Positions 51,042-63,156 of a DNA stretch of 64,000 nt are shown piece after piece; positions within the stretch are counted from its first letter, which is position 1, and every line of letters begins with the position of its first letter. The translations under genes were made by a program, and so were the position numbers. The notes under the pieces were generated by a model. That model saw nothing but the letters and a program-made list of their open reading frames with translations. It did not search any database and had not been told where the DNA came from. This DNA is from Lophium mytilinum (lineage: Eukaryota): positions 1,650,323 to 1,714,322 of the forward strand of contig MU004194.1 of the NCBI GenBank assembly GCA_010093605.1. Reading direction: 5' to 3'.

Positions 51042-52319
51042 CTAATTCGACAAGTAAGGCGGCGGTGGGCTTTCCCAGTCCGTCTCGTACCCAGTACCAA
51101 AGGCACCCTCCACCGAATGATCCACGGGACACAGGGATATCTGGGCCCGCCGCTCTCGCATTACGATGGGACAAACTATACTGTATACCCTCTGTACGTC
51201 CCGCCGCTCCACCAAAGCGCCCGTCTTTATATCGAAAGTGTCCTCTCCAATGCAGAAACGGACCTGGAGCTTATGCTGGACTTGTATCGTAAACCACTGT
51301 TTCAAGTTCGCAGTCGACTCTCGAGATGACCGCCCACCAGAGCAGAAGACTGGGTGGGCGTGTGGTGCACTTGTTCGAAGATAGGCGGTGGCATTGGCAA
51401 GATCGGTTTGCGTGGGTAGGAAAACGTCGAAGGATTCTACGACCTCTGCACTTCCCATATGCTTGTTCGCTGAGTCCTCAAATGAGCTTCTAGATATGGG
51501 CCTGCTCCTCCCTCGGCTGATTCTGTGTGTGTATTCCGACCTGGATGCGTTGGACGCGGGAATGTGCTTAAGGCCATTGGTCTCTCCAAACACCAGCACT
51601 CCGGTCTCCTGAACCTCCCACCGGACCTCCCGCAGTATCGTCCGTTTTATGTCCGCGCGCCCTGTCACCACTTTCAACCCCTTCAATTGAACGGTCGTTG
51701 GGATGGTTGGTTTCGGTCCAAAAAGTAGTTCAGAAAAGCGGATGTCAATGATGAGCGACGACCGTGGAAACGTCACCACGGAGCACTGTCGGAAACTTGG
51801 ATTGACAAGCCTTCGCCGCAAGACTCGCAACTCCTGGCCCGCCCAAACAGATCGGCCGTCTGCGGTGGTCAGCTTGGCGACGAGAGCGTACGAGATCGCT
51901 GCTAGCGGAGTGTTCGTTGTAGGAGGAAGGTTAGGCGGAATCAAAAGGTCGTAATTCCACTTCTCGTCCGTGGATCCATCAGATAGGTCGTGCGCCTCCG
52001 TTGAAGCGACTTGAATTACATGCTCGATGAGCTTCTCTGCTTCCTCGAATTTGCGCCAGTCCGATTTCTTCTTGAATTGGAGAAAGCCGAGAGGATTTCT
52101 AGGGACAAGGCCGTTCACAACTCTTGTGACTGTTTTGAGCTGGCCAACTCTGATAAGGAAGATGCTGACGTAGGTTGGTGAGGTAAACGGCAGTGGGTAG
52201 GAAAGGGGAACCGATATATAACCTGCAAGGCACGAATTGCATCCATCGTCATCGGATGTGAATAGTTCCGAAGGGGCGTGCAATTTCAAGGTGGTTCTCT
52301 TCATTTTAAATGGCTGCAT
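51042..52319 (-). CDS. Divergent arrestin-like (LDB19/ART-type) protein
   Basis: Beta-rich pattern, LIPPNLPPTTNTPLAAISYALVA, VRWEVQE, IQVQHKLQVRFCIGED; terminal PPPPY motif. Start codon uncertain. Confidence 0.65.
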   Translation of the reverse strand: MQPFKMKRTTLKLHAPSELFTSDDDGCNSCLAGYISVPLSYPLPFTSPTYVSIFLIRVGQLKTVTRVVNGLVPRNPLGFLQFKKKSDWRKFEEAEKLIEHVIQVASTEAHDLSDGSTDEKWNYDLLIPPNLPPTTNTPLAAISYALVAKLTTADGRSVWAGQELRVLRRRLVNPSFRQCSVVTFPRSSLIIDIRFSELLFGPKPTIPTTVQLKGLKVVTGRADIKRTILREVRWEVQETGVLVFGETNGLKHIPASNASRSEYTHRISRGRSRPISRSSFEDSANKHMGSAEVVESFDVFLPTQTDLANATAYLRTSAPHAHPVFCSGGRSSRESTANLKQWFTIQVQHKLQVRFCIGEDTFDIKTGALVERRDVQRVYSIVCPIVMRERRAQISLCPVDHSVEGAFGTGYETDWESPPPPYLSN

Positions 52320-53347
52320 TCTTCGCAACGCCCAGCGTGCTGATATAGCGGTATGGGCTGCGAGTTTAAGTAATGGATTGACTATCTTCCTAAACGTCAA
52401 CCAGCGAGAGCTTTGATGCCACTAGCACATCCTGTGGAAAGTAGGGTCGTCCCCATAGAGCAGCCAAGACGCAAGCCTCGGGCAAGCGGCGATTCAGTGC
52501 CCCCCCCCATAAGCTTAGAATAGACGATCATACCCACCCCACAGCATTCGTGTTGTACTGCTTCCAATTTCGCGCTATCATCTTGTGCAGTTGACGCTAG
52601 GCTGAACAAGGCAGCCAAGACACTAGCGTTGATGAATGTCAGCTTTCATGCTCCCACTTCGTCATATATCTATTGTTGAAATTATCAAGTATTGGCAATG
52701 CTTGAATGACGACGCTTATGTGCCTGCGTGGTCATCTTCCTCTCTATCCCAAAGGAGTTACCCGAACGACTTGATGTATTTTCTTAATTCCTGATCTGAA
52801 GTCCTTGAGGCGTGATACCCCCTCATCATTTTGTTCAAGAATCAAGATGGAACGAGGATGGAACCGCATTTATGAAACACAAATCCGGTTCATACGCAAT
52901 CTCGATGCTTGGACCTATATCCTAGATTATAGGACTCGAGACTAGGTAATTGACATTTTAGTGCTGCCGAGTACAAAAACAAGGTATTGCGCCACTCCAA
53001 TTTAGGCCTGTCGTTACGCGATCCTCCCTCACCAAACTTTCCATCAATGCTGCGACAGTCCGACTACTCCAACTAATAGGTCCATCGCTCGTCAGGACAT
53101 TCGATCCAACTTTCGGATGAAGATGTCTTCGACTGTGGACTCCTCGAGACCACTAAGAACCGGCGAGATGCCCTCATTACCCTCTGCCATGAGTCGATGC
53201 GGTATGCATCTAATCCCATCGAACCGTAATGAAACACCTCGGAGCCTTCAGTTTCGCAAGTTCAGTTTTGCTGTTTTGTTTTATGCATTTGGCTAGTCGT
53301 GTCAAGCCATTCGTTTTCCCTAGTTTCAATATCGAGTTCTATCACTT

Positions 53348-54357
53348 CTAAAACGGACTCCATCCATTTTCTACCATCTTTACAACCCTCTTCGTAGCCT
53401 CATCCAGGTCTTCCTTCGGCAGTCCAAGCAACTCATTACTAGTCCCCCACTTCGACCCAAAATCGCCGTCTCCGTTAGGGTACATGACGCGCGCATACGA
53501 CGCCGTCGCAAACCCCAACCTGTTACCTTTCTTCCAATCTTCAAGACCTCTCTTAACCCTCTGGTCTGTGGGCTCAAAGTCAATTGTCCAGTTTTCATCG
53601 GTGGTTCCTAGCACGCGATGAAGACTGTCGAGCATATCGCGTTGGCTAACCTTGAAACTGTTGATGTACAGTGGCTTGTTCTTCCAGTCGGCTACGCAAG
53701 GTGATGCACCGCTCTCGGGCAGACTCAAGAGAGCTGCGATCGCGCGTCCACATTGATCCCACGTACTGACGTCAATTCTAGTTTTGCCGTCGTCGTAGAA
53801 AGTCACGCTTCTGTCCTCGATATCGAAGCCGAAGAAAGGTTTCTTGAGGGCCAGACTCCATTCGTACCAGAATCCGCAGACCAGCGCAACCCAGGACGTG
53901 TCCACACCCTCGAAATCGGCAAAGCGCTCTTTGTACATCTTCCCGTTCAAGCTTTCGTTCATTATAGCCGGGTTCTGGATATCGCTGCCATACATGTTGG
54001 GCATGACGTACGGGACGCCTGCTTCTCCCGCCGCTTTGACGATCCTGCCGTGGAGATCGCCTGGTGCGGTCACTGAGAGCGTGATAATCAAGAATTGTTG
54101 CCCTTTGAGAGTGGAAGTGAGGGCCGAGTTGTCGTCGTAATCAACTTCCGCGACTTGAACGCCTTCGGGCAGAACACTCTTGCTCCCTTTGCGCGTCATA
54201 GCAGTAACTGTATGCTTGCCGGACCGGAGGAGCTCTTTTGCGAATGCACCTCCAACTCGACCACCAGCCTAGAGTCTCTGAGTCAGTGCTGTCACGTCAA
54301 CGCATGAAAGCGATTCTAACTTACGCCAATGATTGCTACTTTCTCGATATAAGCCAT
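53348..54357 (-). CDS. NmrA-like/isoflavone-reductase-family oxidoreductase (CipA-like)
   Basis: MAYIEKVAIIG|AGGRVGG after intron 54324-54269; AGVPYVMPN, CGFWYEWSL, STWDQCGRAIAALLSLP. Confidence 0.9.
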
Positions 54358-54450
54358 GTTGTCTCCACGATCAATGAATACAAATCTGGAGCGGATGAAG
54401 ATGAGAGCCTCGCCAACTCGTCTCTTCTTATACCCAAAACTTTGATACAG

Positions 54451-54530
54451 TTCGGAGATACTCCATTATCCCCGGTTAAGGAAGGCTCCTACTCTGGCAT
54501 TCGGGGATACGCCATTATCCCCGGCTAAGG
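54451..54530. promoter_or_regulatory. Tandem 31-bp repeat, each copy a CGG-N16-CCG palindrome
   Basis: TTCGGAGATACTCCATTATCCCCGGTTAAGG (54451-54481) and TTCGGGGATACGCCATTATCCCCGGCTAAGG (54500-54530). Confidence 0.65.
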
Positions 54531-56307
54531 GAGAAGAAGGGGATGGTCTAGTAGTGGTCGGAGTTTCGGCGTCCCTACAGTCCTTGCTACAATTCTCGGG
54601 CCCGAGGGGTATTAGCTCAGATCTGGCGAGCAACGTAGGGGCTAAGGCAAGAGTAGTGCTGTACTAGTATGGATAGCGAGACGCAGGAACAGCTATATGA
54701 AAAAGGAAGAAGTTGCGAAGCCTACGTTACGTTCTCGAGGAAGGCGATTTCACAGACGCTGTCGAGTTGGAGTATAGTAAAACCGGCACTCTTGCTGGCA
54801 ACACATCTCAAAATTCGAGCGATTTGCCTACTAAAAAGGAAAAAGGACAAGGTAAACAGCACCAAGGCTTGGTGATTTCTGCTCTCAGAAGGTTGTGGGG
54901 CGCAGTCGCCAGCCAGCGCTAAGGCGTACAAGGCTGAAGGCTGAGGCAGAAGTGGAGGCGATCGCACCATCCTTACCCAACATACCTAAAGTCTCACTTC
55001 TCAGTAATCCCCATTCGTTTGCAACGTTGGTTCTTTCCACTTGATTTTATTAATGTCGCTTGCCCTACAGATAAACTCTGAAGCGACTTCTACGAACGGA
55101 GTAGCGAGAGTGATAGTTGTGAACAGCTTCGGGTCACGAGAGAGCTTCACTCACGACTTGGTTGCAGGTGGGCGGGCGCGAAACCTCCTCTAACTTGAAA
55201 CCGTTCCCCCGGACATCCCCATGCTGCGGCTCCTAACGGCGACACGGTCCAAAGGGTCGGCACGAAAAGAAGGCAACGGCCTCGTATCGCGAGGCAAGAG
55301 AACTTTCTCTCTTGAGAGCAAAAGATTGGTTGTGCGAACGCCCCTAAATTTGGGAGTGACGGGGTCGATTGTGATTGGAGGAGTTTGATGACCTCTTGCA
55401 ATCGTGCATGCCTAAGACCTCGACGACTCGCAGACCTTGTATCTATTTTGTTCCAGGCAGACGAGTGGAGTGAGATCGGGGTTGGAGGCTCAAAATTCCA
55501 TCTCACGCAGGGCCCACCAAAGGACTTCGTGTTCGTGATTCTTGGATTTTCTTCTTCGACTATTCACATCTATGAGGTATGGCGTGCTCGGAACCCTCTG
55601 CATCACCGATTTATTGACCGCAACAATAAGATACATACAGAACCAAATTGAGGCTTCTCTGCCGGCGAATGAGCGCGGTGACATTGTCCCTATGGCACAC
55701 GACACACTTCTTGCTGTAGGGTTGGTCGGTTACCATCGTGGCGGTCTCAGCTTTGCGATGCCCGCGCAATCAAGGACCTCTGAAAGTTGAGACTCTTGCT
55801 CCTGTACATGCAGCGTAGGTGATTGGGGAGACTTACTTTCTATATTATCAAATCAAAACAAACCAACACATCGCTTTGTCCTATAAAAATATATAAGGGA
55901 ATAGCTTGGCGGAAAAACAACCGGGGAGGAGATTGATACGAGTGGCACCAGGAGCGCCACTACAGTTGCCTGGAAAACCCGATTGGACAGGTTACCAGCA
56001 ATCTTTTGGGGGCCAAATGGAGTTTACCGTTATTGGCTGGAGGGCACCCTTGATGCGCCCCCGTCAAGGCAGCTCATGCAAGCTTGCCTTTTTGACTTCG
56101 CGTTGAGCCGCATGTGGAGAATTCAGAGGATCCCCCTGCTTCCGTCATTGCTAAGCTCCGACTTAGAATATATAAGAGAGTTTCATGCTTTTTTAGCTAG
56201 CCCATCAAGGAGCCGAAAGAACAGTCTATCCAGCAGTAATTTCCATTTTACGTCTCCTAAGCGTCGCCACGAAAATATATCCCAATGAATTCTTGAATCC
56301 AGGTCTG

Positions 56308-58044
56308 ATGGAGGGACAGCCACCGAATACAACAGATCCCTGTGTGCCAGCAGACTAAGGGGACCCCGATGTGACAGGCTTCGTGGTAAGGTCGAGAACC
56401 GATTCTACTGAGGAGAAAAGCACATTGCCGACGATGTGGAGGTTCTAATCTCTTTCATGCTTTCTATTGTGCTCGTCATTGTTGCGATAACTTCGGCCTA
56501 CATAACGGACGCATTACCGAGAAAGTGTTATAACGAGTTCGACAACTTCATACTTGGCCGCGAACCCAGAAAAGAAGACAAGAGGAAAGTTTGAGTGTTC
56601 CAAAATTTCATTCTGGCGATGAGTGATCAACAACTCGCTTCAGGCCTTGCCCTTGTGGTTGCCATATACGTCATCAGGGGTGGCGTGCAAGACCTCGACA
56701 CGAAAATAGGAGCATACTCGTATAGTATCGCTGTGATTCTGGCCTTCTTCTCCTGTATTATACACCTGGCAACCGTTGCGGCCCTCCGAGACTATCTCCG
56801 CAAGCGAAGGCTCCTAAAGAATATAAGGGTCGCAATTTATGATCTGCATCTTGGGTCTTCTACTACAGAGTCTAGGGGAGACTTGGACCATGAACACGAC
56901 TGTGACGTTGAGATGTGCCATTGAGGAGCTCCAATTCTTGCAGGACTACTCAGGAGAAAACGTCTTGCTAGACCGATTCGGCAATCCTGGCAATGTAGTG
57001 GGGTTTATCACCTTGCTCGGGGTTCTCGGCAGCGGCTACGTCCGAAGAATACTGGACCTCTACTTCAGGGATCCTCAATGTTTCCCTATAGCATGGGAGA
57101 AAACACTCTTTTCGAAGACAATCGGTTGGCCTACTTCATCTGAAGACGACGTTCTTGAGGTCAGGCAACGGCTTGCCTCGAGGTTTTCAGGAAAGACTTT
57201 GAGCACAGCCAAAGTTTTGGAGCTTTTCTTTCTCGTCATTCCCCATGTTTTCGCCGGATCATTCATGTTCGAAATTATCTGGCTGAATTTCTATTTCGTC
57301 TTTGGTCTAGCTCAGGTGATACTTTGGTTAACACTTGAGTCTGGTACCGTCGCGATCAACTGGGAGCCCAGGTTTGGACAGCTTCTTCCAGTCGTTTCTG
57401 CTGGTGCTTCCCTTCCTATCCTTACTCGAGGGCTACTCTGGTAAGAACCGGTACTAGAATATTCTTATACTCTTTACTGACTTGCTTCGGGAACTCGAAA
57501 AACATGAAACGGATAACCACCGACAGCCAAAAAGCACCAGCCGACCGTCTGGGACGCTTCCTGCCCATACCGGAAATCCACGGCGCAGCAACTATAAAAG
57601 AAGATCAAGATGACATCCACGCCGCTGCAACTGAGAAAGGAGGACCCAACGACCCCCATGAAAACACACTCGATACATCTGAATCAGACTCGCAAGAGGT
57701 GAGCTTAAACGCTAAACTTTCTGGAAAGTTCACGTGATAACACTCTTGCATAGAACGATCAATACTCCGTCTTTCCAACAAGCTGCAAGACACATCGCAC
57801 CTATATGAAAGCTTAGTCTTGGATATTTGCAGTCTTGTATCTGTTAATTTGCTTATACATATCTCTCGCGGTCGGCGAAGTCTTCACAGATCAGATAGGG
57901 TGGGGGTTCTCGGATCTTATGATTGTAATTGCTTTCGCTGTGGCTGGTCTCTCGGCCCTCAACTCGTTGGCGGTCCGCCTTACCCAACTCTGGAAATTCC
58001 GCAAGGAACTTCAGAGAGTCCAGCGTGATAAAGGTGAAGCGTAA
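56308..58044 (+). pseudogene. Decayed fungal multi-TM membrane protein (DPDxxGxxV / SDQQL / FGQLLP motifs)
   Basis: TAA 56356-56358, TGA 56592-56594, +1 frameshifts near 56836 and 57394, damaged 3' splice sites. Motifs GDPDVTGFV, LAMSDQQLASG, AFFSCIIHLAT, FGQLLPV. Confidence 0.8.
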
Positions 58045-60246
58045 TGGACTGTTATTGAGATATCCATATGACAAAGAGCAGAAGAGGTTCTGAGGGCAGC
58101 TAACGATCGGATTACGGATAAGTTGAAGAGGTCTTTGGAGGCTGCTTACCTTTTTGTTGTAGAGTAATAACCGTTTAGAGAGATCTAATTTAGCTCTACT
58201 CGGAAATTAGACTTCATAAGCCTCAGTATACAGTACAGGGTAGTTCTCTAAACATGATCTGTCGTTTGTGGGTTTATGTCGCCCCGGAAACTTGGAAACG
58301 ACGGATTGATTAGATCCGGACTCTAGCGAATGTCCCATTGGCCGCGATCAAATCTAGCCATTGGGATCGATAAAGCGCGAACGTCCGGGGTAAAGTTCGT
58401 GTGTATGTCATCCACCACAGAACATGCAAATTAAAATTGGACAAATCCTAGTAGCACTCTCTACGTCGGAGTAATAGAGATCCGGTTTGTGGCACGGGCC
58501 CCAATACTAAATAAAAGCTTTAATTTCTATATATATTCGAACGCTTAATATAATTAATACTGCGTTATCTACCCGCCAGCTCTCCGGTAATTATGCAGCC
58601 GCTTAGTGTAGGATTTAAAGCAATTCTAGACCTTCTTTTAATTAATCTTATGCTTAAAAACCTAGATAAACTAAGCTAATACCTTCTTCTTTATCTTACT
58701 TCTCTTTCTATAGAACTTTTACTTAATAGAAGTAGCCTAGGTCTCTATAATTAAGAAGTCTAGTAAATTAGTAGGTATAGTAAGAATTTTAAAGTTATTC
58801 TTCTATATCTATACTATAGTAGTAATTACTTTATAACCTAAATTACTATCTTAAAGAAGTATAAGATTTTACTTCTTCTACTTAGAATTCTCTATTAACT
58901 TAGGAAGTATCTATTTAGTAAAATACTTTAATAATATTTTACTATTACTATTACTAGTATTATACTTAATATACTTATAAAAGTTATAGCTAAAAATTAT
59001 AAAGATTAAGAAGGTTTTAAATAGTTTCTTATTACCCCGGGCCCTTTCTTTCTTATCTTTTTTAGTAGTCTTTTTCTAGTAAATAAAGTTAGGCTTATAG
59101 CGCTAGAAGTTACCTTTTAGTTGCTTAATTCTATAGGTTTCTTCTAGCCTAAGACTAAAGTAGGATTTATTATAATGCGCTATATTAAACTAGTCTATTA
59201 ACTTAGGCCTTTTCTCTAAATTAATATAATACTAATTATCTCTAGCATCTATATTTTCTTCTAAAAGAAGCTTCTTTTCTTCTATCTTATAATTTCTAAT
59301 ATTATAGTTCTTTTTATAGGTTTTTTAGATAGTTTAGGCTTTATAATTATAATACCTAGGGGGTTTAAAATACTAGGTTTCTAATAGCTAAGTACTAGTA
59401 TACTAGGTAAGTATTAGCTATAGTAAACTCTTAATTCTCTAGGGTATATCTTAGTCTTTTATAATACTATTAATTTATACTAAGTTACTAGAAGAAAGAG
59501 CTCTTAGATATTCTCTTAAATTCTTATCTATTTAGTTATAAAGAGTATATAGCTAGAGTAAATTAAGAATCTTCTATATAGAGTGCTTAGAAACCTTAGT
59601 AATAGCCTTAATATTATTATAATAGTAGATAATACTCTAATACTAAGTATATAGCTTACTATAGAAAATGCCTAAATAGAAGAGTATTTTTAGCTAGATA
59701 TAGGGCCTATTCTCCTTCTTATACTATAGGCTATAGGGCGGCGTAAAGTATTTTATATAGAATTTACGTAATTTATAAATCTTTATAATTTAAAGCATAT
59801 TTTAGTATAAGAATAATTAAATTTACTTAAGAATTAAGTATATTATATAGTTTATTATAATTTAAATTTAGGGGTTTATTAGTATTAGCGCCTATATTAT
59901 AAACTAGATCTCTATTACTCTAATATAGAGGTACTATTCTAAAGGCCTATATATAGAAGAAGGTAATAGCCTAGTATTATAAGTTAAGAATTTTATTATA
60001 ATTTAGAGTAAGTAATTAGTTACCTTCTTTCGCCCTAAATTTAGAGGGGGTACGGGTAAATATTATTAAAGAGGTTTTATAACCTTACTATAATTACGTA
60101 TAGTTAAGGTATAGTATAACTGCGGGACTATAAAGCTAGTCTATTTTAGAAAGATAGAAGAAAGAGGCTAGAATTAAAATATATATTTATACTAGGTTCT
60201 ATAGAAGACCTTTTTAAATAGTACTTATATATTTACGTTTAGAGTA

Positions 60247-62504
60247 TAGTAAACCCCTATTATAGTAATATTAAAGTATAGTAATATACTCTATAGAGTA
60301 ATATATTTTAGCTAACTATATATTTTTATATAGGCTATAGTAATAACCTACTTACTATAGTATTACTAACCCCTGCTTACTAAGATTACTCTAACTAAGT
60401 AGGCTTACCGCTATTTTAAGGGTATCTAGAGGCGGTTTTTCCGCGCCGGCTATATAGCTTTTTATATCCTCTATCTAAATAATATTATATATCTATTAAA
60501 AAGCTATTAATTTCTATTATTTTTATACCTAATTCTTTATTCTATAATGCCTCGCTATTAAAACTCTAACTAGTAGCGTCGCTATAGTATTATAAAGGCT
60601 AAGCGTAAGTAAATCTATAACTATTATACTAAATACCCTAAATTATAGTAAAAAGCGCTTACTCTATAGGCTACTAACTATTTCCGCCGCTATATTAAAT
60701 AATTCTTAATATCTTTAAGTATTAATAATAGATATAAAGTACTAGATAGTATTAAACTATACTAAGAGTATAGTAGAAGAGAGAAAAAAAGAGCTACTAA
60801 GTACCCCCTTTTAGATAAAGCTTTATTTAAATAGTATTAGTATATATAGGCTTATTAAGTTCTAATTACTAGAAAGCTTCTATAGAAGGCCGCTTACTAT
60901 CTATAGCTATTACTACTAGTACTAAAAGATAAGCCTATACTATACTTTTCTAAGGGGGCTAGTACTAGTATACCTTCTAATTAGTATAAGTATACCCTCT
61001 TTTTAGTATATATATACCCTCTATCTTATCTAGTCTTTTAATTAGCCTAGAGAGCTTAAAATAGAAAGTATATACGCACTAAAAAGAAGGTATACTTATA
61101 CTAATTAGGGGGTGTACTAGTACTAGCCCCCTTTTCTAATAGCTAGCTAGACGGCTAGAAGATATAGAATAGCGTCCGGAAGAGAAAATAATATAGAGAG
61201 GCTAGATCTATTTAAATTAAAAATACTAAGGAAGAAATAGTAATAGTATAATAAAAAGTAGAGAATTATCTACTATTAAATATATATAATATAGATAAAT
61301 ATAGCCTATTTTAAAAGGCTATACCTAAGATTATATTAGCTACTAAGTAATTATCTAGATTAAAGAAATAGAAAATACGTATTACTATTATTAATTATTT
61401 AAATAGTAATAGAATTAATAAGCTACCTCTCTAGATTATTAGATTAGCTATTAATCTATAGTATTTTAGTTCCTTAGCAGTAAATATAAGGGGAATAGAC
61501 TTTATCTAGAAGAATAATAAGAAGGTATAGATAATTAGAACTATTATACTAGAGTATCTATTATAGTTTAATAGAAGAATATATAGTAGAAAAGTAGTAC
61601 TTCTTTTAGATAGCTTTAGCGCTTATAAAAGCGCTATAGAAATAGTAAATAATAATAATATATTAAAGAATACTAAGGTAGTATTTCTTCCTTCTAATTA
61701 TATATCTATCTATTAGCCTATAGATTAAGGTATTATTTATAATTTTAAGGCCTATTATTAGCGTTTCTAGCTTTACTTTATAGTTAATAAGACTATAGAG
61801 AAAAAGAATTCTTTAAAGGAAATTTACATTTTATATACTATTTAATAGGCTATTAGCGCTTAGAACTAGGTATAGCTATCTACTATTATAAATTACTATA
61901 TAAAATTAACTATATTTAGACTATATAAGGGCCCTTAATACTATCTAAAGAACTATATAGATCTACTACTATTAGATAATATATAGAAGTGCTTAGATAC
62001 TTTAAAAAAGGTAGAAAGAATATAGTAGAGAATAGAGCTTTCTAATTTTATTTACTTAAATAAAGAGGATATCTAGAAGGCACTAGAGAATACTATAGTA
62101 TATATTACTAGCCTATATAATAGGCTAGAAGATAGTAAATTAAATACTAAGGTAATCTAAATTAATTATATAGTAAAGATTTAAGAAGCTATTAATATAC
62201 TAGCGACCCTCTAGCTATATAAGAAGTAGTAGGAGGATAGTAAATTACTATTAATTTCCTCTCTTTATTGCTATAAACGGCGGCTATAAGGAAGGAGAAT
62301 ATAATACTCTAAATAAACCTTAATTTTAGACTATTTTTATAGAAAGGATACTTAAATTATAGCCTTATAAATAAGAATATAAGATATTATCGACTAATTG
62401 TTATTTACTAGGTGGATTACTAAGAACTCTTAATACAGTAATACTCTCTGTATAGTGATACAACCCCTCGCAAAAACCCGTATCACTATAACAGGGGTTT
62501 ACTG
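60247..62504 (+). mobile_element. RIP-degraded pogo/Tigger-like (CENP-B HTH + DDE_1) transposon
   Basis: TIR CAGTAAACCCCTGTTATAGTGATA (left copy RIPed), TA duplication at 60245-46 and 62505-06. Relic ORF from ATG 60547 to ~62355 reads FSNS*LDG*K, VVLLLDSFSAY and VFLPSNYISIY*PID*GII. Confidence 0.9.
60954..61131. mobile_element. 178-bp MITE with ~64-bp TIRs and 8-bp TSD
   Basis: GGGGGCTAGTACTAGTA...TACTAGTACTAGCCCCC; TTTTCTAA duplicated at 60946-60953 and 61132-61139. Confidence 0.9.
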
Positions 62505-63156
62505 TAATCTGAAGCCACCCTCTATGTCATCGCTTCGGTAGGCGCGGCGATGAAAATCCCTACTAAATTGGCTACTTAGCTGACGATCGAGTACAGCGGG
62601 AGCGCTGCGAACGCACGCGACGCACTTCTTGTTATCGGGTCGGTGTTTAGGTACGATCGACTCGTGGCGGTCTCAGCCTTGCAATCCCAGCGCTTGCGGC
62701 CCCTCGCCGCTCCCGCCCGCTGATAGTGGAGATATTTGCAAAGCCAGCCATGAAACGTTAAAGCTAGCTTGATAGTCATGCTTGTTCAGATCAGTACGAG
62801 GGTTTCCAGAAGAGAGCACAAGGCAAACGGCGAGAGGACGTAGAGTTTTCAGCCTTGCGTTCTGGACGCATCTTTCAAACCGCCATTTCTTATTTCGTCG
62901 GCATCTTCTCAGCTGTCCTTGATTTAGAACGCAAGCCACAGGCAGGGGGAGGCAACCATCAGGAACCGTTCCTACGAGCCGATCGCAATGGATGGAAGGC
63001 CGTCTGCAGTACAAGAGCTTCTCTTGTACTCCAAAGTGCGACCCTACCTCTGATTGATCAGTAGCTTTTTACTGCTGACTCTCTGCGTACCTTGCTTGCA
63101 GCGAAGCCCTCATAACCTCCTGCTCGGCAGCTTACACCAAGTGCTATTCTTGTTAT

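Larger units (their letters stand above)
58236..62522 (-). mobile_element. RIP-degraded Tc1/mariner DD34E transposon, interrupted by nested insertions
   Basis: Minus-strand relic LL*DSNLGYK...NLLDFLIIE has D-34-E spacing; C-terminus KRLHNYRRAGG*ITQY* ends ~58555. Left end TA|CAGGGTAGTTCTCTAAAC; right end reassembles as GTTTAGAG-TA-ATCTGAAGCCACCCTC|TA. Confidence 0.75.

Noticed and set aside
54451..54530. Short spaced repeats (also 32144-32232) as CRISPR-like arrays
   Set aside because: Only two units each, eukaryotic context, no cas genes.
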